NCBI GenBank assembly: GCA_963693095.2
Contig: OY843768.1
Location: forward strand, 1,760,001 to 1,824,000
Reading direction: 5' to 3'
Origin: Cenarchaeum sp.
GTDB taxonomy: Archaea; Thermoproteota; Nitrososphaeria; Nitrososphaerales; Nitrosopumilaceae
Length of the DNA: 64,000 bases
The translations under genes and the position numbers were made by a program. Every line of letters begins with the position of its first letter. Position 1 is the stretch's first letter. Positions 20,074 through 28,635 of the stretch are shown in pieces. The notes beneath the pieces were generated by a model, which did not search any database, was not told the DNA's origin, and saw only the letters and a program-made list of their open reading frames with translations.

Positions 20074-21173
20074 TACTGCCGATCAAAAGTCCGTGCCGCA
20101 TTCCAGCGACGTCCGGCCCAGGTATGCCATCACGTCGAGCCGGTACCTCGTGTGCCTGAAGTGCCGTGACACCGCCGTCCGCATCTCCCCCATGGTGGGG
20201 TAGTGCTCGGAGACCAGCAGCGCCCGCTTTGCCTGCCGCCACACCTCCTCGATCGCGTTGAGGTACGGCGAGCCGGTGGGCAGCTCGATCAGCCTCACCG
20301 CCCTGTGGGCGCGAAGATAGTCCCTCACCGCCGCGGCCCTGTGCTGCGGCGCCCTGTCGACGATCACGGCGACCCTGCCGAACCTCCTGCGCATGTCGCG
20401 CAGGAACGCGACAAACGTCTCCGCATCGAACCTGTCGCGCACCCGGAAGATCTGCTTCCCGTCAGTGGAGATCGCGCCGTACACCACGACCCTCCTGTGG
20501 CCCCCGGTGTACGGGGCGACGACGGGGACGCCCACGAGCGACCAGTACTTTGATCCGCCGGCGGCGCCGTGCACGGCGATGGTCTCGTCCTGCACCACGA
20601 CGGTGAATCCGGCGCGCCTGAGGCGCCTTATCTTGCGCCGCACCCTGCGCTGCCAGCTGGCTACAGTCGGCCCGTCGGCCCTGTTCACGTGCACCAGGCG
20701 CGTCCGCTTGGCGGAGAGGCCGGCCCTGCGCATTATTTTCCTGACGTACGACATGTGGAACCTCACGCCGGTGGCCAGCTCGATCTCCAGCATGACCTCT
20801 GCGGGCGTGACGCGCCCGGGCATTCGGCCAATCAGGCGGCCAAGCCTCTGCCGCGCGACCAGCGGCGGCCTGCCGGGGCGGGGGCGGTCCCGCAGGGCCT
20901 CGACACCGCCACTCCGGTAGCGCGCGACCCACTTGCCGACCCACCTGGGGCACTGCATGAGCGCAAGTGCGACCTCCTCGCGCGTCATCCCCCGGTTCTC
21001 GTGCATGTTGACCGCGGCAAACCTGTACCTGACGTCGGCGTCCCTCTCGTCGCGGAGTGCCCTGCGGAACGCTTCCAGCTCTTGGCCTTCCATGCGGGGC
21101 GTGGGGAGGGGCGATCCATATAGCATGCGGGTCGGGAAAGTTTGATCATGGCACGAACTTTTGCTCGTCAGTA
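20074..21173 (-). mobile_element. IS630-family insertion sequence, type A copy 1 (1100 bp)
   Basis: Imperfect terminal IRs TACTGCCGATCAAAAGTCCGTGCC / GGCACGAACTTTTGCTCGTCAGTA; TA duplication at a CTAG target; high GC. Confidence 0.93.
20083..21126 (-). CDS. IS630 transposase
   Basis: HTH with RPGRP, QDET, VDRAPQH, SPYLNAIEEVW; true start may be MEGQ. Confidence 0.93.
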   Translation of the reverse strand: MLYGSPLPTPRMEGQELEAFRRALRDERDADVRYRFAAVNMHENRGMTREEVALALMQCPRWVGKWVARYRSGGVEALRDRPRPGRPPLVARQRLGRLIGRMPGRVTPAEVMLEIELATGVRFHMSYVRKIMRRAGLSAKRTRLVHVNRADGPTVASWQRRVRRKIRRLRRAGFTVVVQDETIAVHGAAGGSKYWSLVGVPVVAPYTGGHRRVVVYGAISTDGKQIFRVRDRFDAETFVAFLRDMRRRFGRVAVIVDRAPQHRAAAVRDYLRAHRAVRLIELPTGSPYLNAIEEVWRQAKRALLVSEHYPTMGEMRTAVSRHFRHTRYRLDVMAYLGRTSLECGTDF

Positions 21174-21683
21174 TAGGTCCGCGAATAAAGCCTCTTGCAC
21201 AAAAAATAGCTATTTTTAACGCAATAGTGAATCTTGTATATGAATTTGATATTAGTATTCTTGGGACAGTAACAACTAATAAAAAACTATCTAAAAAATA
21301 TGATCAAGACCATGTTCTAACATACGCAATGACAACCTTGTTTGAGCGTCTTGAAAAGCTTGTATATACTCAACCAATAGATAGCATTCACATAGTCTCG
21401 GACTTTGTGCCGCCCAATGATCAGAAAACAATTGCCACAGCTTTTGACAATTTTAAACACACCAGTGGCATTATACCAAAAATACAAACTAGCCGTGTGA
21501 CTGGAATAGATTATGTTAACTCGCGAGATGACGTGCTTATACAGGCAGCGGATATAATAGCATATGTTATAAACAGATATAGAAACGGAGACAATAATTT
21601 TGCAAACATGTCTGCAAAACTAACAAAACTCGTCAAAACATATGACGGCGGCATACATGACCCTTTTATTATATCTTAAAGTC

Positions 21684-21758
21684 GAGACGGCGGAGCGGCT
21701 ATACAACCGCAGCCGCCGCCTCTGGGGTGGCCATCAGACCGGCTTTTCACCTTGAATC
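21684..21758 (-). ncRNA. DUF3800-associated structured RNA, copy 5 (convergent, 4 nt after the stop codon)
   Basis: Near-identical to copy 1 with a compensatory G-C to A-U pair; unrelated flank but TTTATTAA box at 21777-21784. Confidence 0.72.
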
Positions 21759-22072
21759 GGGTGGCACGTGTGGGACTTAATAAATTCTTTGAAGAATTCA
21801 CACACTATCAGCGTCGCGGCTAGTCGAGGATGGCTTCGAGAGCCGTACTTCTAGATGCCGTGTCCGTTCTGCGTACCACGGCTGTATCAGACCCAACACT
21901 CGCCAGCTGTTGTGTCTTGACACATCGGAGCTTTCGTCCCGCGAGAACTTTCACATTGCGTGGCACTGACAGAACTCTTACTTGCGAGCATAGTTGTATA
22001 ACCTAAATAATTGGTGAAAGGCACAAAGATCGATATCATGGGCGCATAACACTTGTTATTGTTTAGAAAACA

Positions 22073-22144
22073 GGTCGACGGTGCAGAATACGCCTGCACC
22101 CGCCGTCCCTAGGGCGGTCCTCTGCTATGGACTCACCTTGAGTC
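22073..22144 (-). ncRNA. DUF3800-associated structured RNA, divergent copy 6
   Basis: Keeps GACTCAAGGTG and CCGCCCTAGGG; stems re-paired (GTCC/GGAC, TGCAGG/TCTGCA); TTTATTTAAA box at 22161-22170. Confidence 0.65.
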
Positions 22145-22518
22145 AAGTGGCGAGTAGGGGTTTAAATAAACTATTTGGTAAAATCGACGTGTGGGGTCGT
22201 CGCCTTTGTCTACTCATGTGCTTGGGCTGGTGTCGTTGTGATGAGTAGATCGGCAGATCCTCCTATTTGACCAAGTGAGCAGAGAGGTGCTGACCTTGTA
22301 CAAATCACCTATCTCTGAAATGCTATATTTTTCTTGATTTACATATGATAAGTTACGAAGTGATTTTGATGTGTTTATCATAATTCATTCAAACTGTAGA
22401 TGCATATACGTGGATCATCCTCATGATTTGATACTCGAACCAACACTGTATCATAATGTTCGTTAGTGTTGTTTTTTTATATGAACTAGAATATTTGAAA
22501 ATTTATTTTGGTATCATT

Positions 22519-23502
22519 TTACTCTGTTTTCACAAGCTTAAGAATTTCAGCAAGTGATTGGTTTACATTTTTCAGCAATTCATATTTTAGGCTAGATGCC
22601 GCATTTTCAATATTTGTACACTTCCCTAGCGCCTTTATCATATCACGTTTAGCTTCTTCGCACACTCTCTCAATTTCCATTTTGTTTATTGCCGTTGATG
22701 ATGTTCTTTTAGCTGCCATCTTTATACATGCCATTTGGCAAACCATTTTTAAGATTCCCGGAAGCTCCACACCAACCTTTTCCATCCCACATGCCATATA
22801 CTGTTCTCCGAGCGTGCCAATTGTATCAACATTAGACAGATCTTCAACGTTTCGTGCTATAAACACTCCAAAATTAGCATCGTGGTTCTTGACAGCCTTG
22901 GATATCTCATCCATGACGTACTCGGGCGACATGTCCTTTCTATTCTTAATTTCGAACACCACTCTCCCCTCTTTGAAATCTACTATGCAGTCTCCTTTTC
23001 TATTTTCTTTTGCCGACTTGGTGCCCACCCTCCTGAATGGCACGTCCATGGTACTTGCAATATCGCGGATCATATGGGCGACAAGATTTTCATATTCTTT
23101 GCCTGCATCGGTTGGAGATCTTTCGTGCTCTCTACTTCCAAACGTAGACAGCTTTTCAATCGCCTCGTTGAGAAATTTTCTGAGCGTATCATCACTTTGT
23201 TCCAAGTTATCTTTGACTCTTTTTTCACTATCTTCTATGGCCTGCTTCATAGCTTGCCTTACATCCTCCACGTTCGTCATCATGGTTATTGTGTGCGCCT
23301 TTACTTTTTCGCCCAAAAACTCTATTTTTGCTCCTTCTCCAGATATGTCAATAGCCGACAAATACACATCTATTGCACGTTCTATAAACTCAATCCTTGA
23401 ATCAGTGTCAATCTTGTTAATTGCTGCAGCGATCTTTCCATTGTCAATGACCACTTCGTTCAAAATAACCTGCGTGCCTGTAACAGTTACCGATGCCATC
23501 AT
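22519..23502 (-). CDS. Coiled-coil + PD-(D/E)xK nuclease-like protein (DUF2130/RmuC-like)
   Basis: G-x-x-YE, KGDCIV, VFEIK, AVKNHDANFGVFI; low GC. Confidence 0.6.
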   Translation of the reverse strand: MMASVTVTGTQVILNEVVIDNGKIAAAINKIDTDSRIEFIERAIDVYLSAIDISGEGAKIEFLGEKVKAHTITMMTNVEDVRQAMKQAIEDSEKRVKDNLEQSDDTLRKFLNEAIEKLSTFGSREHERSPTDAGKEYENLVAHMIRDIASTMDVPFRRVGTKSAKENRKGDCIVDFKEGRVVFEIKNRKDMSPEYVMDEISKAVKNHDANFGVFIARNVEDLSNVDTIGTLGEQYMACGMEKVGVELPGILKMVCQMACIKMAAKRTSSTAINKMEIERVCEEAKRDMIKALGKCTNIENAASSLKYELLKNVNQSLAEILKLVKTE

Positions 23503-23601
23503 CACACGTCTCAATACTGTGGATTATAAGGCTTGCTTGAACCGTCATACCGACCCTCGCCACCTAGTCCGCAAGGGTGGTGGCAGCCAAGTCTTTTATT
23601 T

Positions 23602-24111
23602 TCACTTGCTGCGGCCAACATACGCCAAAACCGCGCATATCGTCTTTGAGTCCTGTATCTTGCCGGCGAGGATCATCTTGACGAGCCTGTCAAGGTCCAT
23701 CTTTACAACCGTGATAAACTCGTCATTGTCTGGGTCGATCTCGGCGACCTTTACGGCGCGCCGCGCCAGATAGCAGTGTATGACCTCCATGTTGTAGCCT
23801 ATTGAGGGATAGTACGCAATCAGGCGCGAGAGGCGCCCTGACCTGTGCCCTGTCTCCTCCATGAGCTCGCGCGAGGCGCACGCGCGCGGGTCCTCGCCGC
23901 GCTCTAGCGTGCCGGCCGGTATCTCTAGGACATACCCGAGCGGAAAGCGGTGCTGCCTTACTAGGACCACCTTTCCGTCCTCATCAAAGGCCAGGACAGC
24001 GGCTGCCCCACCATGCTCTATAATCTCGCGCCGCACGCGCCTTCCCTCCACCGTTATGTCGTGAACGGTGAGGCCGACGATCTTGCCCCTGTATATCGTC
24101 CTCTTGCCCAT
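23602..24111 (-). CDS. NUDIX hydrolase (ADP-ribose pyrophosphatase-like)
   Basis: EIPAG-x5-E-x7-RELMEETG Nudix box. Confidence 0.92.
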   Translation of the reverse strand: MGKRTIYRGKIVGLTVHDITVEGRRVRREIIEHGGAAAVLAFDEDGKVVLVRQHRFPLGYVLEIPAGTLERGEDPRACASRELMEETGHRSGRLSRLIAYYPSIGYNMEVIHCYLARRAVKVAEIDPDNDEFITVVKMDLDRLVKMILAGKIQDSKTICAVLAYVGRSK

Positions 24112-25020
24112 TCACTGCGCACCTGCCATCGGTGCTATGTGGAGCGTCGGGGACTCTATTGCCTCGCGAAGGGCCGGCTCTGCCCATTCCTGCAGAAAGA
24201 GCATCCTCTTTGGTATAAACAGGTCTGCCGAGACGACACCGTCAGCATCTCGAACCTTCTGCGTCAGGCCGTCAAGGCCATAGATGCTCTCACTCTGCAA
24301 GAACAGCACTATCTGGTTTGTCGTGAGTATCGGATCCTGCATAAAGTGCCCACCGAGCAGCTCGCGCAGCCTGACTGCGGCCTCGGCCGGCTCGTCACTC
24401 ACTCCGGCGAGTATGACGTGCGGTATGTATGGCGCGGCCTTCATTGGGTCATAGACTGCCATAAACTGGACAGACCTGTCCTCGCGAAGCTTTTCGATCG
24501 AGCGCGTGACTGTCTTGGAGGAGAATCCGGTCGCGTTAGCGACAGTCTCGACTGCGGCCCTGGGGTCCTCCATGAGGGCCGCCATTATCGCAAGGTCGGT
24601 CCTAGTCAGGCGTGCGCGATACGACGGTGCCTCGGCCTCAAATATCGTCAAGAGGCGCATGTCGCGCCAGAGCTCGCGCGCAAGGCGTATCTTTTCTTGC
24701 ACGTCGCCAGTCACGGCAACCCCGCAGACCGTTATGCCGCCGACGCACGGAACGACGACAAAGGGCTCGCCGACTAGCCTGACCTGCGACATTATCGCAT
24801 CAGTGTCCTGTCCCGAAACTGCGGCAAAAAAGGCGCCGCGGCCCAGGGCCGGCGGCTCGACCTTTAGCGTATAGCGCAGGATAAGCCCGTTGCGCTCCAT
24901 CCTCTCGACCCTTGAGCGAACCGCGCCGCCGGAGAGGCCGACGCGCAGGCCGACCTGCCTGTCAGGCATCCTGCAGTCGTTGAGGAGGCACGAGAGGACC
25001 CCCATGTCCATGCTGTCCAT
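24112..25020 (-). CDS. Double Lrp/AsnC-family transcriptional regulator
   Basis: Two HTH units (DSMD..NDCR; TRTD..EDPR); start at MDSMD. Confidence 0.8.
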   Translation of the reverse strand: MDSMDMGVLSCLLNDCRMPDRQVGLRVGLSGGAVRSRVERMERNGLILRYTLKVEPPALGRGAFFAAVSGQDTDAIMSQVRLVGEPFVVVPCVGGITVCGVAVTGDVQEKIRLARELWRDMRLLTIFEAEAPSYRARLTRTDLAIMAALMEDPRAAVETVANATGFSSKTVTRSIEKLREDRSVQFMAVYDPMKAAPYIPHVILAGVSDEPAEAAVRLRELLGGHFMQDPILTTNQIVLFLQSESIYGLDGLTQKVRDADGVVSADLFIPKRMLFLQEWAEPALREAIESPTLHIAPMAGAQ

Positions 25021-25136
25021 ATGTGATGTCAGGTGGTCATTTAGGTCATATTTTAGACTTTTTATGCCTAGAATTGTCCCAACCATGCCGCAGGTATGGG
25101 AAATACCTTAAATATAAGACGCTTTTATCCTATCGC

Positions 25137-26324
25137 ATGGACTATCGCGTGCGCCTCGCGCTTCGCATGCTGACGAGCCGCAGGGGCAGCATGATCGGGG
25201 CGATCCTAGCCATCACCGTGGGCATCCTAGTCATACACGTCAACTTTGTCATATTCCAGGGCCTCTATGACGCGTTTGTTCGCGACATGAAGGCATACCA
25301 GTTTGGCGACATTTACGTGACCAACGAGGAGGACTATATCGACAAGTCTGACTCGCTCCTAGTGGGATGGTTTGAGCGCCTTCCGCAGGTCTCGGCGGCG
25401 GCCCCGCGGCTAGGCTCGTCGGCATCGGTAAACGCGACTGGGACGGGCATGCGCTATGAGGAGTTTGGCATACCCATAGTCGGCGTCGACCCGCGCTATG
25501 ACATGCGCGCATCGGCAATGCACGAGACTGTGACTGAGGGCCAGTACGTCACGTCACGCTCGTCGATGGTCATCGGCGCCTCTGTTGCGCGCGACCTTGG
25601 CGGCCTGCAGATCGGCGACAACATCCGCATAAAGATAGTCGACCGTTGGGGCATTGACCAGTTTAGGCGGTTCACGATCAGCGGAATATCCGAGTCCGCC
25701 GGCGGGGCCGGCATGGACATGAGCCTCATAATGCACATCGACACGCTGCGCGACATACTCGACCGCAAGGACGCGAGCGGCTCGATGATAGTAAGGCTCA
25801 ACGAGCCCCTTGAGGCAGCGAACGTGCGCGACTTGTTCCTTGCGTCATTTTCCGCTGATGACTTTAAGGCCGAGACCATTGAAGAGGCAGCCGAGTCGCA
25901 GCTTGCCGGATTCCGCTCTGGCATTGCGATGATCAACATGATCGGCCTCTTTGGAATGATGTCCGCCGCCTTTGCGATCGTGACGATACAGATGATGATA
26001 GTGAGCGGCAAGACACGCGAGATTGGCATAATGCGCGCCATTGGCGCTCGCCGCAAGGACATACTCGTCATCTTTATCGCACAGGGCATGATCATGGGCG
26101 CTGTTGGCGCCGCCACTGGCACCGCAGTGGGCCTCGGCTATACGGTATACGCAAAGGAGACAAAGATGAGCTTTTCAGGGAGCATTGCCCTAGAGGTGAC
26201 CTACAACTGGGCCGCCATTGGGCGCACGGCACTCCTCGCCTTTGGGCTAGCAGTGATTGCGTCGATATACCCGTCGTACAAGGCTACCAAGCTCCTGCCA
26301 GTGGAGGCGATGCGCTATGGCTGA
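25137..26324 (+). CDS. ABC transporter permease (LolE/MacB/FtsX family)
   Basis: KTREIGIMRAIGA, SIYPSYKA..L.PVEAMR. Confidence 0.9.
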   Translation: MDYRVRLALRMLTSRRGSMIGAILAITVGILVIHVNFVIFQGLYDAFVRDMKAYQFGDIYVTNEEDYIDKSDSLLVGWFERLPQVSAAAPRLGSSASVNATGTGMRYEEFGIPIVGVDPRYDMRASAMHETVTEGQYVTSRSSMVIGASVARDLGGLQIGDNIRIKIVDRWGIDQFRRFTISGISESAGGAGMDMSLIMHIDTLRDILDRKDASGSMIVRLNEPLEAANVRDLFLASFSADDFKAETIEEAAESQLAGFRSGIAMINMIGLFGMMSAAFAIVTIQMMIVSGKTREIGIMRAIGARRKDILVIFIAQGMIMGAVGAATGTAVGLGYTVYAKETKMSFSGSIALEVTYNWAAIGRTALLAFGLAVIASIYPSYKATKLLPVEAMRYG

Positions 26325-27012
26325 TGCGGTCCTTGAGATAAGCGGCCTCTCAAAGGTGTACGGCGCGGGCAAGGTCGGAGTCATCCAGACACGCGCGCTG
26401 CGCGATGTCTCACTCACCGTCATGCGCGGCGAGTTTCTCCTCATTGTGGGCAGCTCGGGCTCGGGCAAGTCCACGCTGCTCAACATGATCGGCCTCCTGG
26501 ACCGGCCCACGACGGGCAGCATAAAGATAGACGGCGTCGAGACCTCTGGCCTGACTGACGGCGAGCTCTCGTCGTTTCGCAGCTCGCGTCTCGGCTTTGT
26601 CTTCCAGTTCTCAAACCTCCTTGCCGAGCTGAGCGTGATTGAGAACGTCGAGCTGCCCCAAAAGATACTCGGTGATGCGCCTGCCGGCGCGTCGAGTGCG
26701 GCAAAGCTCCTAGAGGCCGTCGACATGCGCGATCAGATGCACAAGCGGGCCAATGCGATATCCGGCGGGCAGGCCCAGCGGGCAGCCATCGCGCGCGGCC
26801 TCATCAACCGTCCGGCCCTCGTCCTCGCCGACGAGCCCACCGGCAACCTCGATTCCAAGACTGCGTCGACTACGATCGAACTCATGAAGTCCATGGCACG
26901 CGAGATGGGCCAGACGTTTGTCATAGTGACGCATGACAGGCACCAGTTCGGCGACGTTGACAGGGTCATATCGATAAAGGACGGCATGGCGCACGAGGGT
27001 GAGCTCGAGTGA
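26317..27012 (+). CDS. ABC transporter ATPase (LolD-like)
   Basis: GSSGSGKST, ISGGQAQR, LADEPTGNLD, VTHD. Confidence 0.93.
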   Translation: MADAVLEISGLSKVYGAGKVGVIQTRALRDVSLTVMRGEFLLIVGSSGSGKSTLLNMIGLLDRPTTGSIKIDGVETSGLTDGELSSFRSSRLGFVFQFSNLLAELSVIENVELPQKILGDAPAGASSAAKLLEAVDMRDQMHKRANAISGGQAQRAAIARGLINRPALVLADEPTGNLDSKTASTTIELMKSMAREMGQTFVIVTHDRHQFGDVDRVISIKDGMAHEGELE

Positions 27013-28307
27013 GCGCGCCCATGCTCGCCGCCGTGGCCATCGTGGCAGCAGCGCTCGGCGCATGCACGGCGGCCCCGCTCGTGCTGCCAGAGGCCGACGC
27101 GCAGACGCCGTCTCCCTTTGATCGCAAGTTTGGCGGCATACGCTACCTTGATGCCTACTTTGGCCTTCCGTCCGCAAAGATGGAGGTTCGGCCAGGTGAT
27201 GCCAACGTGCCAATCACAGTCGCAATCGCCAACGTGGGCACGCATGACATCACGGGAATACGCGGCCAGCTCGCACTCCCCCTGGCCCTGAGCGCGCATG
27301 ACGGCTCGCGCGCGGCAATTGCCGACGCCGAGGACAATGCCAACGCCGGCGAGACGTTCTACCTGACGTTCTATGTCAATGTCAGCCCACAGGCAACCAT
27401 CGACGAGCATCCTGCGACGGTAAGGGTGGACTATTCGCGCATTCGCGAGTCCGGAACGCGCAACGAGTTTTTCGAGTTTAACATTGACGTGACTGGCGAC
27501 AGTGTGATAAACGCAAGCGCGCGCGACTCGTTCATCACGTCGCTTCGCGAGAACAGCGTTATCATTGACGTCTCAAACTCGGGAACCGCGCAGGTTTCTG
27601 GAGTCGAGGTGATTGCGTCTAGCACACAGGTTGACTCTGCCCAGTCAATGACGAACATTGACAATGTCGTCATACGCGAGTCGAGCTGGGATCTCGGCAA
27701 CATCGGTCCCGGCGAGTCGCGCGCACTCGAGGCGCACGTGTACGTCCCCGGCTCGCTCAGCGGCGACGTCCTGCGCGTCCCGCTCGCAATATCGTACATC
27801 AACGCGCAGGGCGACACGCAGTCAATCACTCGCATCGCCGACCTCTACGTGCGCGGCCTCATCGACGCGCGCATATACGACGTGCGGGTTGCGGATCTTG
27901 GGGGCCGCCCGACCATAGTCGGCGACGTCATAAACGAGGGCAACGAGGATGCGCTCTTTGGCTTTGCGTCCCTTGTGCCGCTTGGCGGCTCAAACCTTGC
28001 CGCCTCGATACAGTTTATAGACGAGATCGAGACTGACTCGCCCGTGCCATTTAGCATGCCCGTCGAGTTTGAGGGCGAGGCGCGCTATGGCGAGCATGAC
28101 ATCCGCATCGACGTGCGCTTCAAGGACTCGACGCGCGAGGAGACGATCATATCGTACGAGACGACTGTGGTCATACCCGAGCCAGTCGTCGAGGAGGACA
28201 ACACGTCCAACATGCTCGCGCTCCTCCTCGCCGCGCCCGTGGCAGTGGGTGCGGTCGTCCTCGTGCGACGGCGCAGGCGCGCGCGCCACACGCCTGACAT
28301 GCAATGA
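27009..28307 (+). CDS. COG1361 S-layer-domain/Ig-like exported protein
   Basis: Signal peptide, repeated N-x-G beta domains, C-terminal TM plus basic tail; in an ABC operon. Confidence 0.75.
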   Translation: MSAPMLAAVAIVAAALGACTAAPLVLPEADAQTPSPFDRKFGGIRYLDAYFGLPSAKMEVRPGDANVPITVAIANVGTHDITGIRGQLALPLALSAHDGSRAAIADAEDNANAGETFYLTFYVNVSPQATIDEHPATVRVDYSRIRESGTRNEFFEFNIDVTGDSVINASARDSFITSLRENSVIIDVSNSGTAQVSGVEVIASSTQVDSAQSMTNIDNVVIRESSWDLGNIGPGESRALEAHVYVPGSLSGDVLRVPLAISYINAQGDTQSITRIADLYVRGLIDARIYDVRVADLGGRPTIVGDVINEGNEDALFGFASLVPLGGSNLAASIQFIDEIETDSPVPFSMPVEFEGEARYGEHDIRIDVRFKDSTREETIISYETTVVIPEPVVEEDNTSNMLALLLAAPVAVGAVVLVRRRRRARHTPDMQ

Positions 28308-28338
28308 TTATATCCCAACGGGGGGCGCCTCGCGCCCA

Positions 28339-28635
28339 ATGTCTGGCGACGAGATAGATGTCCCACTAGATGTCCGCGAGGACCTGCCGTCCTGGGTCGA
28401 GGAGACCCGCCTCGGCGACAGGCGCGGGGCCATCGCACAGTACCGCTATGGCAACCTCCACATACGCCGCTACGCCGACAGGTACACAGTCCACGTCGAT
28501 CACGCCGACCCGCGCCGTGACCCCGTGGGCCACATTCTCCATGACGCCCCCGAGGTTCTCCTCGGGGCAGTTGCCGCCCCGTTCCTCGGATATGCCACAT
28601 ACCTCCTCGCAAAGAGGCTGCGCGGTGAGTCATGA
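28339..28635 (+). CDS. Hypothetical protein
   Basis: GAIAQYR..LHIR.Y..H.D..DP..DP..H...DAPE; overlaps next start. Confidence 0.7.
   Translation: MSGDEIDVPLDVREDLPSWVEETRLGDRRGAIAQYRYGNLHIRRYADRYTVHVDHADPRRDPVGHILHDAPEVLLGAVAAPFLGYATYLLAKRLRGES

Larger units (their letters stand above)
19858..21679 (+). pseudogene. DUF3800-family protein split by IS630 (239 aa when rejoined)
   Basis: N-part YVDESG..FVL..ELH (19858-20073); C-part ER..IVSD..VNS....IQAADIIAY (21176-21679). Removing the IS and one TA gives in-frame AAC CTA GGT CCG. Confidence 0.85.

Noticed and set aside
19750-20169. Track ORFs 19750-20169 and 21161-21679 as separate genes (likewise 49806-51314 and 52168-52950)
   Set aside because: They are halves of IS-split genes that read into or out of IS sequence.
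22508-23773. 421-aa plus-strand ORF
   Set aside because: Antisense shadow of the nuclease-like and NUDIX genes; no recognisable motifs.
25035-25075. DtxR-like TTTAG..CTA operator between the Lrp and ABC genes
   Set aside because: Palindrome too weak to separate from AT-rich promoter sequence.
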